Source: an uncultured Candidatus Binatia bacterium (GTDB taxonomy: Bacteria > Desulfobacterota > Binatia > UBA9968 > JAJDTQ01). Taken from it: a stretch of DNA of 64,000 bases. The stretch is from the NCBI GenBank assembly GCA_965213675.1, contig OZ243916.1:384001-448000 (forward strand), read 5' to 3'. The translations under genes and the position numbers were made by a program. This document shows positions 18,785-27,648 of this stretch, piece by piece. Below the pieces are notes generated by a model. The model had not been told where the DNA came from. It saw nothing but the letters and a program-made list of their open reading frames with translations, and made no database searches. How positions within the stretch are numbered: position 1 is the stretch's first letter; each line of letters begins with the position of its first letter.

Positions 18785-20080
18785 CAGGTTGTTGAAAAAC
18801 TTCGTCTGACGCGGATAACAGTAAATAACATATTGGTATCGACGGGGAGGAGGGGATGAGAGGAACGGATCCGCGTCAGGAAGGGATGTTCAGCTATGTG
18901 TCGCCGGAGGCGCGGGTGCCTGCGGACCATCCATTGCGAGCGATACGGAAGATGGTGAACCGTGCGCTTGAAGGACTGACGCGGGAGTTTGAGGAGATGT
19001 ACTCGCACACGGGGCGGCCTTCGATCGCGCCGGAGCAGTTGCTGCGGGCGTTGCTGCTTCAGGTGCTTTACTCGATCCGTAGCGAACGGTTGTTGGTGGA
19101 GCAACTGGACTACAACTTGTTGTTCCGGTGGTTTGTAGGACTGTCGATGGACGATCCGGTGTGGGACCACTCGACGTTCACCAAGAACCGGCAGCGGTTG
19201 ATCGGGTCGGACATCGCGCGGGCCTTTTTCGGTCAGATACTGGGCCAAGCCCGCGAAGGACGCCTTTTGTCGGATGAACACTTCAGCGTGGACGGGACGT
19301 TGCTGGAGGCGTGGGCGTCAATGAAGTCGTTCCGGCCGAAAGATGGAGGCGGACGGCGCGGTGGCGGCGGACGCAACGCCGAGGCGGACTTCCACGGCGA
19401 GAAGCGCAGCAACGCGACCCACCAGTCGAGCACCGATCCACAGGCACGGCTGTACCGCAAGGGCCAGGGGCAGGAAGCGAAGCTGTGCTACCTGGGCCAT
19501 GCGTTGATGGATAACCGCCATGGACTGATCGTCGATACCCGTACCACCGAGGTCGGCGGACGGGCTGAGCGCGAGGCGGGCTTGGCGATGATTGCGGCGC
19601 GTCCCGGCGCCGATCAGCTCACCCTCGGGGCAGACAAGGGATACGATACAAAAAACTTTGTGGAGGGACTGCGCTGCGCCAACGTCAGTCCGCATGTGGC
19701 CCAAAACGACACCCACCGGCGTTCCGCCATTGACCGGCGCACCACCCGTCACCGTGGTTACGCGGTGAGCCAGCGCGTCCGCAAACGGATCGAGGAAGGC
19801 TTCGGCTGGGCCAAGACCATCGGAGGCATGCGCAAACTCAAGCACCGGGGCCTGGCCAAGGTCGACTTCCAGTTCACCCTCACCTTCGCCCTCTACAACC
19901 TGGTGCGACTGCGTACCTTGGGAGTCGGAGGTTGAGCATGCGTCCATGGCCTCCGGGCGTCTGCGCCGGCTTCGTTGGCCTGAAATGGCCGGCGAAAGAA
20001 GTTCTGCTCCATGCCCTGAAGCCGGCTTTTCCATCGATGCTCTCACAAACGCTCAAATCTAGGCGTTTTTCCACGGCCTG
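18785..20080 (+). mobile_element. IS5-family insertion sequence, 1296 bp
   Basis: Imperfect TIRs CAGGTTGTTGAAAAAC / GTTTTTCCACGGCCTG, flanked by CTAG at 18781-18784 and 20081-20084. Confidence 0.92.
18856..19935 (+). CDS. IS5-family DDE transposase
   Basis: RVPADHPLR, GRPSIAPE, SIRSER, YNLLFRWF, VDGT, ADKGYD, RKRIEEGFGW. Strong RBS. Confidence 0.95.
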   Translation: MRGTDPRQEGMFSYVSPEARVPADHPLRAIRKMVNRALEGLTREFEEMYSHTGRPSIAPEQLLRALLLQVLYSIRSERLLVEQLDYNLLFRWFVGLSMDDPVWDHSTFTKNRQRLIGSDIARAFFGQILGQAREGRLLSDEHFSVDGTLLEAWASMKSFRPKDGGGRRGGGGRNAEADFHGEKRSNATHQSSTDPQARLYRKGQGQEAKLCYLGHALMDNRHGLIVDTRTTEVGGRAEREAGLAMIAARPGADQLTLGADKGYDTKNFVEGLRCANVSPHVAQNDTHRRSAIDRRTTRHRGYAVSQRVRKRIEEGFGWAKTIGGMRKLKHRGLAKVDFQFTLTFALYNLVRLRTLGVGG

Positions 20081-20398
20081 CTAGTAGTGGCAATGGTCGT
20101 TGCGTCGGGGTTTTCGCCGGTTCAGGCACAAGCGCTCAGTGGTACCGCGTCACGGGGCGACTTCGAAAGATCACGGGCGTGCGCCGGCGCGCAGGAGGAT
20201 GCGAAGGTCGCGGCTGCTCATAGCTGCGGCCAAACTTTCCGTGTCGGGAGCTGCGGTTGTGTGAACGACCGTGAGGTGGAACCGGGCGGGGACCGCTGGT
20301 CTTGCGATGTAGACTGGGTCTGCGAATCGCGGGAAACTACACGAACAGCTCCGGGAAGCACTTCGGACGCCACCGTGGACACACCCGGTTCCCCCTGA
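20081..20398 (+). pseudogene. Exported 6-cysteine mini-domain protein, paralog B, 5' end cut by the IS
   Basis: Begins at the IS-flanking CTAG (CTA GTA GTG GCA ATG vs paralog A TTA GTT GTG GCA ATG). Identical Cys spacing and an identical final 42 nt. Confidence 0.75.
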
Positions 20399-20446
20399 TT
20401 AGTGTCCGGCAGAAAGGTCCTAACTTACTGATATTATGGAGGAACA

Positions 20447-20890
20447 GTGTACGAATGGGAAGGTAAGAAGGGGTTTGGGGTAGTGAACGGGGGGGCAATA
20501 AGGGAGTCTCGCTACTTGCGCTCGCTTCGTGCTGGCCGGGTCGTCGTATTTTGCTGGGCCGTGGGTTTCGCTACCGCAGGGGACGCAGCTCTTCATCTGA
20601 CGTGCGATGCATCGGGAAAGGAGGTGCCTGTCTGTGTCGAGTATGTGCTGGAAGAAGTGGAGAGCTTTTTGCAAGCCCAGGATGTGTGTTCACGTTTTGG
20701 ACTTCTGGTGCGATTCGACTTGTCGTGTCCAAGGAATCGTGGAGCTTTCGCCTGTCGGTATGAGGGGCCTGGTGTCGTGAGCACCGGGTATAATTACCCA
20801 TTAAAGGAACACGGTGGGGCGGAGGGCGCGTGGCGGCGTCATCAGGAAGACTGTGAGAAGGGTAGGGGGCTTCCCTTGGGAACCAGGTGA
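20447..20890 (+). CDS. Cys-rich probable exported protein, unknown function
   Basis: GGAGG RBS before GTG. Basic region plus hydrophobic stretch (VVVFCWAVGFATA), then six spaced Cys (C...CVEY...C...SCP...C...YNY...C). Confidence 0.55.
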   Translation: MYEWEGKKGFGVVNGGAIRESRYLRSLRAGRVVVFCWAVGFATAGDAALHLTCDASGKEVPVCVEYVLEEVESFLQAQDVCSRFGLLVRFDLSCPRNRGAFACRYEGPGVVSTGYNYPLKEHGGAEGAWRRHQEDCEKGRGLPLGTR

Positions 20891-21354
20891 ACGGTGGTGT
20901 TTTCTGCGGGTGTCCGGCGGGCCAGATGAAAGGGACTGAGGTGGTCCGCTCTAACTGGGTGCGAACCCCGGTAAAGAAACCGTGGGATTGCGGTGAACCA
21001 CGAATTGACGACTGTGCAGCGGCAAGGTCTTTTTCTGTTGTACTGGTGGATTCGGCTCTGAAACAGTTCGGCACCACTTCAACCTTACAAGCCGCCAACA
21101 CGTCGACCGGAGACGTATGGGATGTGGTCATCAACTTGTGGGCCTCCGTGTCGCATGTCAATCGTGCATGCGACGGGGTGGCAACCATTGGGACTCGATG
21201 CCCGATCATCGCGACAGTCCCGTTTGCGGCACATCCCCAGTAACGGCATGAACTGCGGCAACCAACGGCGGACCCAAGCAACACCTATCCTACCCGAGCA
21301 CCACCCGCCCCACGGCGAATTGACCACCTTCCCGGGAACGGGCAGGATACGGAT

Positions 21355-22923
21355 ATGACTCGCCGCCAGCTTCCCATCGGGATTCAGGACTTCCGGACGA
21401 TTCGGGAGCACGACCGCTGCTACTACGTCGACAAGACGGCGTTGATCCGGGACTTGGTGGGCGCGGGGCGGTACTACTTCCTGTCCCGTCCGCGCCGGTT
21501 CGGCAAGAGCCTTCTGGTGGATACCTTGCAGGAATTGTTCGAGGGAAGCGAGGAGTTGTTCCGGGGCCTGGACATCCACGGGCACTGGGACTGGTCGGAA
21601 CGTCATCCGGTGGTGCGGCTCAGCTTTGACGGGAAATACAACGATCCGGCGGATGTCGAGCGCAGCGTCCTCAACCAGTTGGCGATCATCGAACACGATG
21701 CCGGGATTGACTCGGTGGCGGCCGTCAGCACGGGTCCCGAGCGCCTGCAGAACCTTCTGTATCGCCTGCATCGTGCCACCGGCCGTACCGTGGCGGTGTT
21801 GGTGGACGAGTACGACAAGCCGATTCTGGACGTGCTGGAGGACCGGGATTTGGCCAGGGCGAACCGGGACTATCTTCGGGGGCTGTACGGGATCATCAAG
21901 GGCAGTGCCCGGCATGTGCGGTTCGTGTTGGTGACCGGGGTGAGCCGGTTCTCGAAGGTGAGCCTGTTTTCGGGCCTCAACAACCTGAAGGACATCAGCC
22001 TGGACCGGCGGTTCGCGACGATCTGCGGATACACGGACAGGGATCTGGACACGGTGTTTGCGCCGGAGTTGCCGGGGCTGGATCGGGACGAGATCCGGCG
22101 CTGGTACAACGGCTATCACTGGCTCGGCGAGGAGCGTGTCTACAATCCCTTCGATATACTCCTGCTGTTCTCTGACAGGCGCTTCCGTCCTTACTGGTTC
22201 GAGACCGGTTCGCCGACGTTTCTGTACCGGATGCTGGTGGACCGGCAGGTGAATCCCATGACCCTGGAGAACCGCGTGGCGGACGAGGCACGGGTGTCCC
22301 GGTTCGACGTGGACGACATCGGCATGGATGCGCTGCTGTTCCAAACGGGGTATCTGACCATCGTGGACGAGGCGTGGGACGGGGTGGAGACGCTCTACAC
22401 GCTGGGCTATCCGAACTTCGAGGTGTGCCGGAGTTTGAACCACGGGCTTCTGGAGTACGTGACCCGGCGGGGGCGGGAGGCGGTGGACCGGGGCAAGGAG
22501 CTGGCGCGCCTTTTGTCGGCCAACGACTTCGAGGGATTCGGCGAGCAGTTGCGGGCGTATCTGTCGGGGCTGCCGCACCAGTGGTACGACCGGAGCGAGG
22601 TGGAGCGCTACGAGGCGCACTACGCGAGCATGCTGTACATGGGATTCCGGAGCATCGGGCTGGACCTTCGGGTGGAGGAGGCGTCGAGCCATGGCCGTTC
22701 GGACATGGTGGTGTTTCACGGGGGCCAGGTGTTCGTGCTGGAGTTCAAGATGGCGGAGGGAGACGGGGACACGGACGACATGCTGAGCCGGGCCATGTCG
22801 CAGATGCGCGACCGGGGCTATGCGGAGAAGTACCGGGACCGCGGCCAGCCGGTTCACCTGGTGGCGCTGGTGTTCGGCCGGGCCGAGCGGAACCTGCTCG
22901 GAGTGAGGGCCGCGCGGGCCTGA
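21355..22923 (+). CDS. AAA-ATPase-like domain + PD-(D/E)XK nuclease protein
   Basis: LPIGIQDF, YYVDKT, SRPRRFGKS (Walker A), VDEYDKP (Walker B), YNGY, YWFETG, C-terminal GRSD...VLEFK...Q...Y. Confidence 0.92.
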   Translation: MTRRQLPIGIQDFRTIREHDRCYYVDKTALIRDLVGAGRYYFLSRPRRFGKSLLVDTLQELFEGSEELFRGLDIHGHWDWSERHPVVRLSFDGKYNDPADVERSVLNQLAIIEHDAGIDSVAAVSTGPERLQNLLYRLHRATGRTVAVLVDEYDKPILDVLEDRDLARANRDYLRGLYGIIKGSARHVRFVLVTGVSRFSKVSLFSGLNNLKDISLDRRFATICGYTDRDLDTVFAPELPGLDRDEIRRWYNGYHWLGEERVYNPFDILLLFSDRRFRPYWFETGSPTFLYRMLVDRQVNPMTLENRVADEARVSRFDVDDIGMDALLFQTGYLTIVDEAWDGVETLYTLGYPNFEVCRSLNHGLLEYVTRRGREAVDRGKELARLLSANDFEGFGEQLRAYLSGLPHQWYDRSEVERYEAHYASMLYMGFRSIGLDLRVEEASSHGRSDMVVFHGGQVFVLEFKMAEGDGDTDDMLSRAMSQMRDRGYAEKYRDRGQPVHLVALVFGRAERNLLGVRAARA

Positions 22924-23019
22924 CCCCCGTCGTTGGCGTTCTTCCCCGCGCTGGCTCCGGGGACCTGCGTGGGCCGCCAGGTGCATTCAAGAGTGCTGTT
23001 TCCCCTCCCTTGTTTCCCC

Positions 23020-23260
23020 TTCCGTCATCTCCACCCCCCTTCCGTCATTCCAGTACACTTCTTCCGTCATTCCCGCGAAAGCGGGAATCCAGGTGGGGCG
23101 GGGTTCGTCGGTCTGGCCGCCCCACCGCCGCCCATGGATTCCCGCCCCCGATCGGGGTCGAGGGCAAGCTTTCGCGGGAATGACAGAAGGGGTGAACCGG
23201 GAATGACGAAAGGGGTGAGCCGGGAATGACAGAAGGGACGAGCCGGGAATGACGAAAGCG
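23020..23260. repeat. REP-like composite: inverted palindrome pair plus 23-bp tandem repeats
   Basis: GTCATTCCCGCGAAAGCGGGAATCCA at 23066-23091. The inverted copy at 23135-23184 is interrupted by a 24-bp insert. GGGAATGAC-led 23-mers start at 23176, 23199, 23222 and 23245. Confidence 0.85.
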
Positions 23261-23438
23261 AAACAGGACTTTGAAGAGCGGCGTGGCCCCGGCCTCTCCT
23301 TGACGCCGCAACGCCTTTCGTTCTAACAAGAACCGTCAACGGCAGGCTCGGGACAGGGGCGAGTGGGCACATTTTCCGAGTAGCTTCGAGTAGCCAGGCA
23401 GTCTACACAAGGCACAACGCCGCGAAGGGGGAACCACC

Positions 23439-25112
23439 ATGGCGCATGATCTGGTCGTAAAGAACGGGCTCGTGGTCGACGGTACCGGAAGTCCGGGATT
23501 CGAGGCGGATGTGGCCATCGATGGCGGGACCATCGCGAATATCGGCAAGGATGTGGGGCCGGGCGCGACCGAGATCGACGCCCGCGGCCAGGTGGTGGCG
23601 CCGGGCTTCATCGACGCCCACACCCACATGGACCTCTTCATCGTGCAGTATCCCCACGGCAATCCCGTGGTGAACTACGGCGTCACCTCCATCGTCATCG
23701 GCGACTGCGGCGCCTCCATCGCGCCGGTGCCGCCCGAGGGCGCGCCGCGCGACGTGCTCATCACGTACCTGCGCCGGGTGCTGGACGACTATGTGAACGA
23801 CGACGACTGGCGCTGGACGACCTTCCCCGAATATCTCGACTATCTCGAAGGCCGGGTGGGCGTGAACGTGGCCGCCTTGGTGCCCCATTCCCCGGTGCGG
23901 CTGACGGTCATGGGTGAGGCGGCGTACCAGCGCGAGGCCACGCCGGACGAGTTGGAGGCCATGAAGCAGATGGTGCGCGAAGGCATGGAGGCCGGCGGCA
24001 TCGGTTTCTCGTCCAGCCCGCGCGGTGGTCCGGCCATTCACGCCGGCACCCCCAGCACCCTGGCGAGCCAGGAGGAGATGGCGGCGCTGGCCAACATCGC
24101 CGGCGAGTACGGCGGCTGCTTCCAGTTCAACGGCTTCGGCAATCTCCTGAAGCCCGAGAGTGGCTTTCCCGAACTCGTGGAAAAGGTCCACGTGCCCATG
24201 ATCGGCAACGAGTTCCGCGTGCGCCCCGGCGAACGGAATGACGGCGAACGCGCCATCGATTACATGAAGGAGGCGCGCGAACGCGGCAAGGACATCTACG
24301 GCGTGGTGATCCCGTATTCGCACATCCGGCGCTTTGACGTGGACGACTGCTTCATTCTCGACGGCCTGCCCTTGTGGGAGGAGATCAAGCAGAACCGCGG
24401 CGAGCTGGCGCGAAAGCTCCGGGATCCCGACGTGCGCCGGAAGCTGGACGAGCAGCGGCGCGAAAACGCCGGCCAGCCCGCTTACATCGAGTGGCTCGGG
24501 TGGCAGGGCGTGACCTTCGACGTGATGCAGCGCGAGGAACTGAAGTCCCGCGAAGGGCAGAACGTCGCGGAGATCGCCGCGGCCAGCGGCAAGTCCGAGG
24601 TGGATGCGTTCTGCGACACCTGGCTGGAGGACGGGCTGGCCTCGAAGCTCTATTACCAGGGTTTCGCCAACGGGCACATGGATCTTCTCGCCGACATGAT
24701 CAAGACCACCGAAGGGCTTATCGGCACCGACGCGGGCGCGCACCTCGACCGGTTCTTCTGGCACGGCGCGCCCACCCGGGTGCTGGGTTACTGGCGCCGG
24801 GACAAGGGCCTGTTCAACCTCGAGGAGGCCGTGCACAAGGTCACCGGCCATCCCGCGGCCAAGCTGAGAATGAACCGCGGCATCCTCAAGACCGGTCTCC
24901 CCGCGGACGTCACGGTGTTCGACGCGGACAAGATCGACGACCTCGCCAGCAAGCGCATGCCCCGGAAGCTCGACGAGAGCGAGATTTTCCGCCATCCCCC
25001 GGGCATCGGCGCGGTGGTGGTTAATGGCCAGGTGGTGCTGGAAGACGGGGAGTGCAAGGATGTGTTCCCCGGTCAGGTGCGGCGCCAGCAGCTCTTCGTT
25101 CCCGGTCAATAG
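23439..25112 (+). CDS. Amidohydrolase, N-acyl-D-amino-acid deacylase family
   Basis: VVDGTG, APGFIDAHTHMD, GVTSIVIGDCG, GTDAGAH, ADVTVFD, VVVNG. Confidence 0.9.
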   Translation: MAHDLVVKNGLVVDGTGSPGFEADVAIDGGTIANIGKDVGPGATEIDARGQVVAPGFIDAHTHMDLFIVQYPHGNPVVNYGVTSIVIGDCGASIAPVPPEGAPRDVLITYLRRVLDDYVNDDDWRWTTFPEYLDYLEGRVGVNVAALVPHSPVRLTVMGEAAYQREATPDELEAMKQMVREGMEAGGIGFSSSPRGGPAIHAGTPSTLASQEEMAALANIAGEYGGCFQFNGFGNLLKPESGFPELVEKVHVPMIGNEFRVRPGERNDGERAIDYMKEARERGKDIYGVVIPYSHIRRFDVDDCFILDGLPLWEEIKQNRGELARKLRDPDVRRKLDEQRRENAGQPAYIEWLGWQGVTFDVMQREELKSREGQNVAEIAAASGKSEVDAFCDTWLEDGLASKLYYQGFANGHMDLLADMIKTTEGLIGTDAGAHLDRFFWHGAPTRVLGYWRRDKGLFNLEEAVHKVTGHPAAKLRMNRGILKTGLPADVTVFDADKIDDLASKRMPRKLDESEIFRHPPGIGAVVVNGQVVLEDGECKDVFPGQVRRQQLFVPGQ

Positions 25113-25131
25113 CCGGAGGCAGGAGGCAACC

Positions 25132-25878
25132 ATGGACGTGCTTGCGCCGGAAGCGCTCATCGACGACCTTCGCCGGATTCTCCGGGGCCGGTATCCGGTG
25201 CATCCCGTCCGCAAGCTGCTCCTGAGCGGCGAGCTTACCCGGGAGCAGTTGCACGGGTGGGCCAAGAACCAGTTCCACGAGTTCCGCAACATCCACCGGT
25301 TCTTCGGCATCCGCTACCAGAAGTGTCCGGTTCAGGATTTACGGCGCATGCTGCTGGAGAACATGGTGGAGGAGGAGGGCGAGGATCTGTTCGGCGGCGA
25401 GTACCCCAGCCACGCGGAACTCTGGACCCGGTTCGGCGAAGGCCTGGGCATCCCGCGGGAGGAGATGCAGGGCTACGAACCCCTGCCGGGGGTCAAGGCC
25501 GCTCTGGAGATGTACGTGCAACTCGTGCAGCAGAGCCACTGGGCGGTGGCCATCGGCACCGGTCTGGTCTTCGAAGGGGAGGGCCCCAAGCGTATGGGCG
25601 AGGAGCGCCAGGCCCTCGAGACGCACTATCCCTGGATTCCCTCCGAGGCGCTGGCGTTCTTCCGCGCCCACGAGTACCATGACGAAGGACACGGAAACTT
25701 TATCGTGGATGTTATCAAGGACCATATCATGGACGCGGGGCTTCAGGAGGAGATGCGCGCGGCCGTGAGAACCCGGGTGGACATCATGTGGCTGCAGAAC
25801 GAGTCCATCTATCAGACTTGTGTGCGCCCGCAACTCAGCCCTGAAGCCGCCGGTCGGCTGGAGGCTGCGGCCAACTGA
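25132..25878 (+). CDS. Heme-oxygenase-like diiron enzyme (CADD/PqqC/TenA fold)
   Basis: AGGAGG RBS. ENMVEEEG...SHAELW, VFE and FFRAHEYHDEGH (H-x3-D-x2-H) match the CADD-type ligand set. Confidence 0.85.
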   Translation: MDVLAPEALIDDLRRILRGRYPVHPVRKLLLSGELTREQLHGWAKNQFHEFRNIHRFFGIRYQKCPVQDLRRMLLENMVEEEGEDLFGGEYPSHAELWTRFGEGLGIPREEMQGYEPLPGVKAALEMYVQLVQQSHWAVAIGTGLVFEGEGPKRMGEERQALETHYPWIPSEALAFFRAHEYHDEGHGNFIVDVIKDHIMDAGLQEEMRAAVRTRVDIMWLQNESIYQTCVRPQLSPEAAGRLEAAAN

Positions 25879-25903
25879 TCCGGTCACCCGTGTCGGCGTG
25901 TCC

Positions 25904-26758
25904 ATGAGTTCGCTGTTCGGCAAGACGATCCTGTTCCTGGCGCTGGTGGCGGCCACCGCGGCGCTGGGGTACACGGCATGGGAGGTCCGCGATCTGAAGA
26001 TGGCCGCGGCCCGAACGGCCCAGGGCAACGAGACCAATGTCACCGAGATGATGATAGCGCTCGCCCAGACCGAAGGGCAGCTCGCCCGGGTGCGCGAGGC
26101 GGTGGAGTTGCTCGGAGCCGGCGGCCCGACCGAGGCGCCCGACGAGACCGCCTTGGAGGGCAAGCTCACGGCGGCCCTGTCGGTGGCGCACCGGGAGGTG
26201 TTGCAGCAGGAGTTGCAGAAGTGGGCGCAACAACTTCAGGACCAGCGGGACAAGAGCCTGGCCGCGGTGCGGGAGAGTCTTGAGCAGGAGGTGGGGCGCC
26301 GCCTGGAGCAAGGGAACCGGCAGTTGTTCGCGCTCGTTGAAGAGAACCAAGGGACGCTGACGAAGCAACTGAAGGATTTGGGAGCGAGCCTCGCCAGACC
26401 CTCGGAGGGCGGCGCGCCGCAAGGCCAGAGCCTGGCGAACCTGGAAGAGCGTTTGGCGGCGTTGGTGGAAACGGTGAACAGTCAGGGCGAGGCCCTTGCC
26501 CAGCGCAACGAACGCGACGACCAGCGCTGGGAAGAACTGTTCCTGGCGTTGCAGGAGAGCCGGGAAGCCACCCTGCGACGTTACGCCGAGGTGGCGGCGC
26601 GCCTGGAACCGAACGACCCGCCCACACCCGTCGATACGACGGAGCCGGGCCAGCCGGCCCAGGAGAGCGGCGCGCCGGACGGCGTCTTGACGGAGCGGGA
26701 AAGGTTGGATGCGTTCTGCGCGGAAGTCCCCCAGTCCGCCCTGTGCAGGGATCTGTAG
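25904..26758 (+). CDS. Membrane-anchored coiled-coil protein, unknown function
   Basis: N-terminal TM helix, E/Q/L-rich heptads, Pro-rich linker, terminal FCAEVPQSALC. Confidence 0.7.
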   Translation: MSSLFGKTILFLALVAATAALGYTAWEVRDLKMAAARTAQGNETNVTEMMIALAQTEGQLARVREAVELLGAGGPTEAPDETALEGKLTAALSVAHREVLQQELQKWAQQLQDQRDKSLAAVRESLEQEVGRRLEQGNRQLFALVEENQGTLTKQLKDLGASLARPSEGGAPQGQSLANLEERLAALVETVNSQGEALAQRNERDDQRWEELFLALQESREATLRRYAEVAARLEPNDPPTPVDTTEPGQPAQESGAPDGVLTERERLDAFCAEVPQSALCRDL

Positions 26759-26778
26759 CGGCGCTCGGCGGCAACCCC

Positions 26779-27402
26779 ATGCAGTACTACGACATCTCGC
26801 TCAGGTTGAGCCCCGCCAGCGCCCGTTGGGTGACCGCGGCCCCGTTCGAGTTGGTGGACCGCAAGCGCATGCAGCGGGGCGACGCCAACAACTCGTCCAG
26901 CGTGAATATGAGCGTGCACAGCGGCACCCACATGGATGCCCCGTTCCACTTCGTCCCCGAAGGCGCTTCCATCGACGAGCTTCCGCTGGATCTCTTCATC
27001 GGGCCGGCCTTGGTGCACGAGGTGAATGCGCACCGCTACATCACCGCCGAGCACGTGGCGCAGCTCCCGCCGGGCGAGCGGGTGCTGTTCAAGACGAGCA
27101 ATTCCGAGTTGCTCCGCCGCGCCGCGTATGACCCCGACTTCGTGGCCTTCTCGGTGGAGGCGGCCAGTGCCTTGGTGGCCAAGGGCTACCGGCTCGTGGG
27201 CCTCGACTACCTCTCGGTGGCCCACGCGGATGAGCAGGTGCCGGTGCACCGGGCCTTCCTGGATCATGGGGTGGCGCTGCTGGAGGGCGTCGAACTGACC
27301 GAAATCCGCCCGGGGCTCTACGAGTTGATTTGCTTCCCTGTCCGCATCGCCGGCGCGGACGGCGCTCCCTGCCGCGCTGTTCTCCGCGACCTCGAGTCCT
27401 GA
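26779..27402 (+). CDS. Cyclase-family metal hydrolase (kynurenine formamidase KynB-like)
   Basis: HSGTHMDAPFH signature, VGLDYLS, HRAFL, GADGAPCRA. Confidence 0.9.
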   Translation: MQYYDISLRLSPASARWVTAAPFELVDRKRMQRGDANNSSSVNMSVHSGTHMDAPFHFVPEGASIDELPLDLFIGPALVHEVNAHRYITAEHVAQLPPGERVLFKTSNSELLRRAAYDPDFVAFSVEAASALVAKGYRLVGLDYLSVAHADEQVPVHRAFLDHGVALLEGVELTEIRPGLYELICFPVRIAGADGAPCRAVLRDLES

Positions 27403-27648
27403 AGCATTCGTGGGACTTCTTGCCCTGTCCGTTTTCGTCAGCCTCCGTTGCGCGGCCCGCGGTTGGCGCGCCAACCCAGGTGCGTCCTGGCGCGCTGACG
27501 CCGGTGTCGCGTCCCGGGGATTCATTCCACTTCGCTCCGCGACCCTCTTTTTTGCAACATTGGGGTTATGCAAGGCGCACACTGCTGGCTGGGAGTCGCT
27601 GGACGCCGGTTCCACGGCGCAGGCTCCCAGCGCAATGAAAGGTACACC

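Noticed and set aside
15919-20890. Cys-rich ORFs as RiPP (lanthipeptide/ranthipeptide) precursors
   Set aside because: No modifying enzyme, peptidase-ABC exporter or double-glycine leader. Sec-type signals point to disulfide-bonded exported proteins.
20887-21243. 118-aa ORF overlapping the previous stop (GTGA)
   Set aside because: No recognisable motif, signal peptide or paralog. Cannot be distinguished from a chance ORF.
23176-23260. 23-bp periodic repeats as a CRISPR array
   Set aside because: Only a 9-bp constant core with similar 14-bp interspaces, derived from the adjacent REP end. No unique spacers and no cas genes.
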